Positions 55,601-64,000 of a stretch of 64,000 nucleotides of DNA are shown one piece after another; positions within the stretch are counted from its first letter, which is position 1; each line of letters opens with the position of its first letter. The notes beneath the pieces were generated by a model. It saw only the letters and a program-made list of their open reading frames with translations, was not told the DNA's origin and did not search any database. The translations under genes were made by a program, and so were the position numbers. Origin of the DNA: Camelus dromedarius (lineage: Eukaryota); assembly GCF_036321535.1 (NCBI RefSeq), contig NC_087436.1:6572001-6636000 (forward strand), in the 5' to 3' direction.

Positions 55601-58600
55601 CACTCGGCATGCACAGGACCTTCACAGTGACCTTCCTAACCTCCAAGGAAGCCAAGGATTACGGCTTGCATCCCAGGGGAGCACTGCTTAGGAGACGACC
55701 CTGGAGGAGCTGCTGCAGACACCCTGAAGCAGGTCCCACTGCACACCCACCTGTCCGCAGGTTCTGTGAGACCCGCGTTCCTCCTCTCCCCACCTCACCC
55801 TTGGGCTTCCTGAACGTGTCCCGTTTTGGGCCACACGTGGCACTCATATCAGCCTCCCAGGGAAACGCCCGCACCCCATGCCTGCATCTCCTACGGTTTC
55901 CGAGGCCGAGTCTGCAAGAAGCGCCTGTCCTTCCGGGCCCCTTTCTTTTGATCAGTGTGTTCATCACCTGATCTTAGTCTCATCCCTCTGGTAGCTTCCC
56001 TTTTTCCTTCCCAAAAATCTGGTGCTTCCCCCCCAATATTATTATTTCCTCAGCCTCCTCATGCCTGTGTCTTCCCTCAGTCACCTCCCTCCCTCCACTG
56101 GCACCTACACTCCACCTCCCATCCAACCAAACCTCAGCCACCCCGCAGGGCCTGGTGTGCCAGCCTAGGTACCCCTTCCTCCTCCTCCTCATCTTCTCGC
56201 ACCATTTGGGCCGCATCAGTGACACCTTTCTCCCAGAGCAGACACAGAAAGTCTCAATCACTTATTCCCCAGTTGTCCATGTGTTTTAATCTTGTCTTTC
56301 TGCCAGGATTTTAAGCTCCTTACCGTGAAGACTTTTCATTCTCATAAACCCTTTGGCGCCCATGACAGCACTAAGCACGTACAGCTGCAGTCAATAAATA
56401 CTTTTAAAAGAATGATGACATTTTGTCAAATTAACCCAACTACCTTGCTCACATTGCTCACTTCCAAAGATCTCCCTTTCTGTACTTAACACGTCCATTC
56501 TTACAACCTGACTGACGCCACGTACCCTGATGGGGACGTCTTGGGACAATGACGATGAGATGGCACAGGCACCAGTAATGTCCTTCAGGAGCCTGGACAC
56601 CAACCAGATGTGCCAGTTCCCAAGCCCAACAGCCTGGACATTAGCGATGGTGTGGCTGCTCTTCAAATTTAACCACAAAGATGCTCAAGTTACCGTCCTT
56701 CCGATGAGAACACTTCTCTTAGAGACAAGTCTGCCACGTGGTGGCCACCAGTAAAAACTCACTGGCCTTACTGAAGTACATAAACCTGGATCACGATGAA
56801 ATAACTGTGTTCTTGCCAAATAAAGTCACTCCTGGATAAAATTTTTTCGTATTAAAGATGCATATTTACAAATACGGTACCTTTCACAAGAAAAGGAGAA
56901 TCAAAGCACACCTGAGGCACTTACCTTAATCCAACAACTCTCCCACACACACAACCTTTATTATCAGCAATAAACATGCATTTTTGTCAACTTTACCTTA
57001 TAATGGAAATTTTCATCTTCAAATTTTTCACCATAAATACTTTCTCCACCTGTCCCATTCTGATTTGAGAAGTCGCCACCCTGAATCATAAATTTCTTAA
57101 TAACTACAAAAGAGGAAAACAGCTATTAGAAACTACAAAATGACCTCAGCAACGTTGACTAACAAGTATTTAACAGTGACGAAGGCTTCCTAAAACGTGT
57201 CTCTAGTCTTGTCACTCCCATCTCTCCCCACCCATCCCAACAGCTCCAGACTCTCAAAACGCTTCTCCCAGTGAGTTCCAACCAGTTACTGTCTGATGCC
57301 CTAACACTCACAGTGTGAGATCATACAGCACCTCCACTATGAAACTGTCAGAGATCCCAAAATTGGATCTCCTAATTTCCCCCACCACAGTATCTTGATT
57401 CTACCTCCATTTCATAATACGCATCAGAGCGATCTGTCTCTTTCAGCAAATGATTAGCTCCTTAAGTAACCACATGTGTGGCTGGGCACACGCTGGTTAC
57501 TCAATGATGCCTCCTGAACAAGCCCACCACCCCCTGGAGATGTTACACTGTGATGGAAGCGCTTAGACCAAAGGCTCCCAAGAACACTGCCACCACCACG
57601 TTCAGAGATTGCCTAGGACTCCCGTGTCTCAGGAACTGTCAGTGCTTTAGCAAGGCAGTGAGGAGACACGGCTGGATGGTAAAGGGAAGATACAGGCAGA
57701 GCCTGGAGGAATCCCTGAGTTCCCTTATGCTCCCCCGGCCCCAAAAGGTCACAGGGCACATTCTTCCCCCAGCACAGAAAATGCACCACGTACAATGTAC
57801 AATGTTTCTGCCCAGAAAGCCCTTTAGAGACCTAGCATTTTTTAGCAATAAAGTATTTTTAAATTAAGGTACATACATTTTTTAAGACATAATGCTGTTG
57901 CACACAACTGACTAAAGGACAGTGTAAACGTAATTTTTTGTACACACTGGGAAACTAAAAATTTGTGTGACTCGCTTTATGGCAATATTCACTTTACTGC
58001 GGTGGTCTGGAACCAAACCTGCAGGATTTCTGTGGTATGCCTATATTTTGATATTTTATTAAACACTAAAGTAAATCAACAGTTTAAATATTTTAAAATC
58101 AATGTTATTTTTTTCTTAATCAAGTTTTTTTAAATTAACTACTCATATATATATAAACATGTACTTTAACTTATTTGTTTACTCACTAAATACTCATTGA
58201 GCACCTACTCAGCAACTATACTCCATGCTGAGGACAAAACTGTGAGAAGATACAGTTCCTGAACGCATGGAGCCTACAGCCTGTTGCGGGAGCCATCAAA
58301 TTATCACCAAAGGCAGGACGCACAGTGTGAAGAGCAGTGTGAAAGATCACCTTTTAATGACACATCACACCAGGTGTCCAATCTTAAATCAGCTGCCGTC
58401 TTCCCAAGTGATCCTGCCCAAGAAGTAGCCATAACCTTTTGACCCCAGGCAGTCAAGCTATCCAAGCTCTGTTTATCACAGCCACACCCTGGTGAAGCCA
58501 GGGCAGTCCATCTCTCTATAAATACACCTAAGCACCCTCCCCTTGGTAATTCCGCCTCTCACAGCCCAGCCTTCATGAAACTGAGCTACGGTCTCAGATG

Positions 58601-60183
58601 TCAGAGCATCCTCTTGGAAACTAACAGTCATTTTTTAACTCTCACCCCCTACTCAGTGTTTTCTTCTGTAACTCCTACAAAACAGGATTCATTTATCGCT
58701 GGAAGAATCAGATTCAGAAAATGTACACATACTTCGATGGAAAGGGCATCCTTTGAAATGCAGAGGTTTCCCAGTGGTGGGGCCAATGCCTTTTTCTCCT
58801 GTACACAACGCACGAAAATTTTCTGCAGTTTTGGGTACAATATCTGCAAACAATTCTACGACAATTCGACCAACTGAAAAAAAATGAAATTGCATTAGTA
58901 TACAAAACAACCAAACAGGCAAATGATAAAAGGAGAGCTGGTAAAATTATGGTGACAGAAATACCAAGTTCTCTTTTTTGGTCATTTTTCTAGTATTCAA
59001 ATTTGGTTTGCCTCACATTAAGTACCACCTATCTAGATGAATTTGAAGCAATTATCTTACTATAAAGGATCGTAAGTACAGTACCCAGAAGATTAACCCC
59101 ATATAAGGACACCGCTTAACTACAAATGGCTTTGAGTAATTTCTCCGACATGTGCTCACAACTTACAATCACCAAGTAACCAACAGGAGAAAATGAATAT
59201 CCTTTGGGTGGTCAGGCTGGCCAAGTTTCAGGTACAGCTATAGCCTCTGTGCTCTGTGGAATCTGCGTAGTGCTGTCCCTGAAGCAAAAGCTGAAAAAGT
59301 TTCCCTTCTAGCTAGACTAACTCCTAAAGCAGCTAGAAATAAACTCAGCATTAAATTTCAAAACGAACTAAATGTACACATAAGTCTGTGTGCGTGTGTG
59401 TGTCCATAACCACCCCCGGGTCCCTGAATCCGGGTGTGTCCGTATGCACACGCACTCAGACACCCTGCCTGGCCGGCAATTACAACGTGTTGCAGAACCG
59501 GGGCACTCGGCGGCAAAGCAATGCGCTGATTCACGAGACCTCGGGAGCTTCGGGGCCGCTGCGGTATCCTAGGCAACCAGCCTGCCACACTGCTCTCACT
59601 CTCCCCAACGCGAAAACTGAGAGAACGCTCCCAGTATGACTGCGCCTCTCAGTTAAGAATTACTAATAAGAAAAAATAATAATAAGCAAAGGTTGCTTTA
59701 GTTTATAAGTAACATGGCAAATGCAGATATACGGCGCGTGGCAAATCAGCGCGTGAAGGGAGCCCACCAGACGCATAACCCGGGGTTTTTCCGAACATCC
59801 CCTGAACACAAAGTCCTCTGATTTTATGCCCACGTGACGGTGCTGGGCGGCGGGGAGATGCGAACAAATAAGGAGACAAACCCAAAGGCCGCCACCATCC
59901 CCGGACAGAAATTTCCAGAAACTGGCGCGCACCCGGCGGCACTGGTTCAAGAGCGCAGGCTCGAGCCTGCCGCGGACGCCCGGAGTGTTCCAGAATCCGG
60001 CGTGGGTAGCCGTCCCCGCGCCTCAGGCCTGACCCCGGCCCGAGCCGCACCTCGACCTCGGGGGCCCCGACCCCTCCCAGGGCGTCCCGCCTCCTCACCT
60101 CGCTCCCCTCCGACGTCCACGTCCAAGAAAACGCGGGGGTTACTGGGGTTGGAGGGCTTGGCCTGGGGGGAAGGGTGCGACAT
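49571..60183 (-). CDS. PPID: PPID, peptidyl-prolyl cis-trans isomerase D (cyclophilin 40); 10 exons, 1113 nt, 370 aa
   Basis: Exon lengths 85+141+107+189+123+107+142+87+43+89 = 1113. Cyclophilin domain ([29 protein letters not shown]) plus TPR domain (KALYRRAQG); ends [10 protein letters not shown]. Confidence 0.98.
49979..50033 (+). repeat. Short copy of ETFDH exon 13 sequence inside PPID intron 9
   Basis: caagtcagaacattaactgggtggtgcccgaag matches 48683-48715 at 32/33; cctacaac follows at similar spacing. Confidence 0.9.
50396..50438 (-). CDS. PPID: PPID exon 9
   Basis: cag|[15 protein letters not shown]|gtaagg. Confidence 0.95.
50542..50628 (-). CDS. PPID: PPID exon 8
   Basis: tag|[29 protein letters not shown]|gtaaaa. 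Confidence 0.96.
50958..51025. repeat. 34-bp perfect tandem duplication in PPID intron 7
   Basis: ctgtaccgcacgtgtctgcacaaatacacacaca x2, running into a CA tract. Confidence 0.9.
51822..51963 (-). CDS. PPID: PPID exon 7
   Basis: cag|[48 protein letters not shown]|gtaagt. Confidence 0.95.
53461..53548 (-). mobile_element. tRNA-derived SINE (camelid type)
   Basis: Reverse complement is ggggaaggtgtagctcagtggtagagcacatgcttagc...ggtcctgggttcaatccccagtccctcc plus poly(A). Confidence 0.85.
53765..53871 (-). CDS. PPID: PPID exon 6
   Basis: cag|[37 protein letters not shown]|gtaata. Confidence 0.96.
54031..54153 (-). CDS. PPID: PPID exon 5
   Basis: cag|[41 protein letters not shown]|gtgagt. Confidence 0.96.
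54997..55185 (-). CDS. PPID: PPID exon 4
   Basis: cag|[41 protein letters not shown]...EKPAK|gtgagt. Confidence 0.96.
56997..57103 (-). CDS. PPID: PPID exon 3
   Basis: tag|..[35 protein letters not shown]|gtaaag. Confidence 0.96.
57830..58045 (+). mobile_element. Tigger1-like DNA transposon 3' end
   Basis: tagcatttttagcaataaagtatttttaaattaagg...gcggtggtctggaaccaaacctgca...gtatgcct. Confidence 0.8.
58733..58873 (-). CDS. PPID: PPID exon 2
   Basis: cag|..[47 protein letters not shown]|gtatgt. Confidence 0.96.
60099..60183 (-). CDS. PPID: PPID exon 1 (coding part)
   Basis: [29 protein letters not shown]|gtgagg. Confidence 0.96.
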
Positions 60184-60321
60184 TGTGACCTGCAAATGCG
60201 CTTGAGAGCGGCTCGCACCACCGCGTGGCCACCGGGCAGCTTGAACCCCAGGAAAGCCCGCTCCGCAGAGAAAGGCGGCGCTGACGAGCCGCTTCCGGCG
60301 CGGGGTCCTGGAACCGCGGCT

Positions 60322-60423
60322 CGACTTCCGGCGCCGCTGCCCGACTTCCGGCGCCTCTGCCCGACTTCCGGTGCCGCTGCCCGACTTCCGGTGCCGCTGC
60401 CCGACTTCCGGTGCCGCTGCCCG
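60322..60423 (-). repeat. 20-bp minisatellite, 5 copies, each with an ETS core (CCGGAAGT on the minus strand)
   Basis: gacttccgg starts at 60323, 60343, 60363, 60383 and 60403; unit is cgacttccgg(c/t)gcc(g/t)ctgcc. Confidence 0.95.
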
Positions 60424-61619
60424 CTGCGTCCACAGCCCTCGAGCAGCTGGCGCACGGCTTGGCGGCACCTTCTCTGTCCCTGGGTTTCCCGCTTTTCTCA
60501 CCCCTTCACGTTGCAGCCCCGGTCCCTTTTATTCTTTTCGCTCGCGTCCCGTCGTTCTTCCTGCCGTCGTGGTGTGAGAGAGCTTGCCAGGTGCCATCCC
60601 CGTTCCGGCCTCAGCGCCGCTCGCGCCTGGGGCTGCGTCTCCGAAACCCCGTTCTATTGGAAAATAGGAATAAAAGTGCCCACCTGGGAGGGTCGTCGTG
60701 ACGGTAAAGGCGCCAGTCGGCTTGCAGGTGCCGGCACAGCCCGGTGGCGGCTCGCCCGCGGTCGTGCAGTTGTAGTTTGATTCTCCGCCGACAGCGGGAG
60801 TGAGTGCGGAGGCTCCAGACGAGGGCAGCTCGTTCCCCGGGAGCCTGCGTCCCCTCCGCGCACTTTACTTCGGGGGCTCGTGCACACGCTTCCCCTTCTG
60901 TGCGAGGACGCAGTCGCACCGTTGATAAAGCCTCATTCTGGACAAGAGTGGTTTGTTCTTCAGCGTTTTGCAGTATTGTAATTAACTTAGTGATTTGATC
61001 AGTCTCCTCCCATTAGCGTTAAACTCCACGAGGACAGGAGTTTCTTTTGTGTTTTCATTTCTCTGTGCCCAGCACTTCTGGCAGTGTCAGGAGAATGTTT
61101 AGAGAAACTCTTAACCACAGGTTTCACTTCCATGTGCCTTTACGTACAATATCGTAAGGTTCTCTGTATCAGCTCCTGACAGGCTGATCTTTTCAAATTC
61201 CAGCACATTGAAATTCATGTAAAATGTTAATTTTTTGTGAGTTGATGACCTTCAGTTCCATGGTGTTATCCGCTGTGGTTCCCTGAAGGTCCAGAACAGC
61301 TCAGCACAGAACCTTTGGGTCCCTTGATAAGTAACAGAGTCAAAATAAGTTGTTCTCATGCGTAATTGAATCACTATGCTGTAAATCGGAAATTAACACT
61401 ACCTTGTAAACCAACTATACTTCAGTAAAAAGAAGAAAATTGTTCTCTTTCTTACTCCAGTCTCATTTCCAGGCTGCAAACTGGTCACTTATACTTTGTC
61501 TCTTATCTAGTGATAAGTAAAAATTAAAATTTTTATTCTGATCTAGCTTAAACTCACATTTTAGCTTATTCCAAGAATGGTCACTTATACACTGTAACTT
61601 CTTAACTGTTCTTACCATG

Positions 61620-61810
61620 ATGAATAGCATGGTTAACTAGGCAGTGTAGCTACACATTTCTTGGCCATCAGACTTTTGGGGTTCAAATTCGGTCTAATAG
61701 GTACTTGGGACTTTGGGCAAGTTACTTTGTCTCTCTGTCCTCAGTTCCCTCATCTATAAGTTAAGATAATAATATGTATCTTTTAAGGTTTTTATGGGGA
61801 CTACATGATT
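61620..61810 (+). mobile_element. MIR SINE
   Basis: gactttgggcaagttactttgtctctctgtcctcagttccctcatctataag...gataataata is the MIR core. Confidence 0.7.
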
Positions 61811-64000
61811 ATTTAGGTGTTTTTAGTATCTGACACACAGTTCTCAAACTGCAAGAAATTATAATTAACCATAAATAGTAATAGTTTATTATAATATGTA
61901 CTAATACCAACATATTTCAAAGTGAAAGTTAAGACTGCAGAGGTACTTGGAGGACGCCTCTGAATTCTCAGAAAGTATAACATGATTCTCTCTGTTACAC
62001 AGTTTCCTGGGTGTAAAAGACTAATCCACATGTTACTCTCACTTATCTAGACTTTTCACAGGAAAGTCACAGCTTTATATAAACTGTCATATTCCTAGAA
62101 CCAACCATATAACAGAATCATACCTTTGGAAACCTCTCCAGAACCAAACTAGTAAGATAAATCCTTCTCATAGATGACAAACTGTCTCATTGTCACTCTG
62201 CTTACTTAAGACAGGGTTTCTGAGTTCTGAAGTTCTGAGTTCTGAAGCCTCTGTGTAGCCAGGAACAGAGCCAGAACTATGCACTATTTCTTAAGGCTAA
62301 GGACACAATTTAATCTGGATGGAGGGAGGAGAATTTGCTCTAAGAGCCCTATGATTATTGTTTCCATCTCTTCCTACTAAATGTGGCAGGATAATATTAA
62401 CAGATACGTCTGCCAACCAGCATTCTCCTCTCAGTGTTTCTGTGCTTTGCTGGACCCCAAACAAGCAGCTAGGGATTCGGTGCTAGTTGCTTTAAGGAAA
62501 CAATGTGACAACAAAGAAAGAGTAAAAAGAAAAAGTCCTTCCTGCCTGGCTTTGCGGTTGCCAAAGGGTTGGCTCTGCAGGAACCAAAAAGACGCCTGGC
62601 ATATAATAGCAAGAGATTTGAATAAAACATCTTTTGTAAGAGGACAGCTTTCTACTTGCAGGAAACATTAGAACTCAAGCAAAGAAACCCATGTGCTGTG
62701 TTGGGAGTGAAGAGGTTGTGAGTGGTGGAGATAGGAGAGGAGGAGAAGCAGGTGGGTCGACTTCCACTGTCGCAGAAAAGGGGAGTCTGAACCGTGTTCC
62801 CCGGTCACATGCCTGCAGAAAAGCAAACCTCCATGGAGCTGCTGGTGAGCTCTGAGAGCAGAAGGAAAGCGCCCAGACTCCTGAGTACAGCCCGGGCGGG
62901 CAGCGGGCCCTAGAGAGAGAATGTGCATTCGCGGTGGGAGTAGGTAGGTCCGGGGTGGGGGAGACAGACTCCCAGAGATTTCCTATGCCCGGACTTGGAG
63001 TGAGAGCAAAACAGTATCCCTGTACATCCAAGTGTGCCGTGGAAGAGGAAAGACAGGCGGCCTCCACACCTAAACGGGAGCTTGCAGAAGGGGTCTCTGA
63101 ACTCAGTGGAGGCTTGATGACTGAGTTAGTCAGGTTCCTCCCTGGATGCCTACATACAGAGATGACATTAGGAACCAGAGGCTCCCAACTTGCCACCAAA
63201 AAGTAGACGTTCTCAGATTTAGGTCCAACCCAGCTGGGAAAAGGTGGGATACCAGAAACTGGCAAAGAATATGGTATTACCGATCCTTTGGAATAGGCCA
63301 TTCAAAATCGAACTGAAGATGAGTTACAGAAAAATAAACTTGTGTTTCATCCACACCTGAGCTGACACCCTCACATGGGCACAGGCCATGGATGACTGAG
63401 ATCCTCACTAGGACCCAGACAAGTTTGAAGGAAAACCCAAGCGCCTTGTCAAAGGTAAGAAATCAGGAAGGACACCAGAATTTGGGGAGAAAGATTCAGG
63501 ATCCTATATGTAACACAGTTAGGCTCTGATCGCAAAATTAGAAATCCGAGGGGGGCCAACATAGAAATCCTTAAGGAGACAACGTTATTCTGCTCCCAAA
63601 GGGAGCACTTGGTGTCAATGAGTGGGAGACAGCCCTAACTAAGGCCCCCCACTCTGAATCATATAGAGAAATGCTGCTTCCACTACGAGATCAGTGACCA
63701 CAGACAGAATGGAAGAGGCGCTGTCAGGCCCTGCCTGCTAAATGGGTGACTCTCCAAGGCTGCTGACTGTAGGTGTTCTGAGCTGGAACACTGAGCCAAT
63801 GGAAGACAGCAGATGCCACCAGGGCACCGCCAAGTCTCTGCCACCAGCAGAAATCATCCCACAGACAGAAATGGTGTGGAGGGCTCTCCCTGGGGACTCC
63901 CAGGAGGACAAGATTCTTCTCCCAGGAGCGGGACGCGATATGACAAAAAACAGATGTTGATATCAGTTCACAGTAACCCCAGTGAGGAGGGTTTGCGTCT

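Larger units (their letters stand above)
59400..60930. promoter_or_regulatory. CpG island / PPID promoter and exon 1
   Basis: GC- and CpG-dense around the PPID ATG (60183); multiple ETS motifs. Confidence 0.88.

Noticed and set aside
60322..60423. Regularly spaced repeats as a possible CRISPR-like array
   Set aside because: The units are contiguous with no unique spacers, the context is mammalian, and there are no cas genes.
59703..60780. ORFs of 184-250 aa with repeated peptides (AAAPEVGQRHRKSGSG) at the PPID promoter
   Set aside because: The peptide repeats are just translations of the 20-bp minisatellite inside a CpG island; there is no sign of coding.
62675..63301. 208-aa minus-strand ORF upstream of PPID
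   Set aside because: No recognisable domain or splice context; Ser/Pro-rich composition is typical of chance ORFs.

Overview
This is a mammalian genomic window, most likely camelid (inferred from the SINE family). It carries the conserved RXFP1 - C4orf46 - ETFDH - PPID gene block. It contains the last two coding exons of RXFP1 (+), complete C4orf46 (-, 2 exons, 113 aa), complete ETFDH (+, 13 exons, 617 aa) and complete PPID/cyclophilin-40 (-, 10 exons, 370 aa). I reconstructed every exon by hand; all junctions are GT-AG and all reading frames are continuous. C4orf46 and ETFDH share a bidirectional CpG-island promoter, and ETFDH and PPID end tail-to-tail. Much of the rest is L1, an ERV1-type element with two LTRs, MaLR, Tigger1, MIR, L2 and tRNA-derived SINEs. 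I see no new multi-gene system. The best oddities are: (1) a five-copy, 20-bp-phased array of ETS sites at the PPID promoter; (2) a TSD-flanked, polyadenylated insert whose body is antisense L1; (3) a decayed duplicate of ETFDH exon 10 with an intact acceptor; (4) a 33-bp copy of ETFDH exon 13 inside PPID intron 9; (5) a strong-context uORF in frame with ETFDH; (6) an inverted pair of ZNF143-type motifs; (7) a sharp kb-scale GC3 mosaic suggestive of GC-biased gene conversion. Repeat family names and boundaries come from pattern recognition, not a database search.
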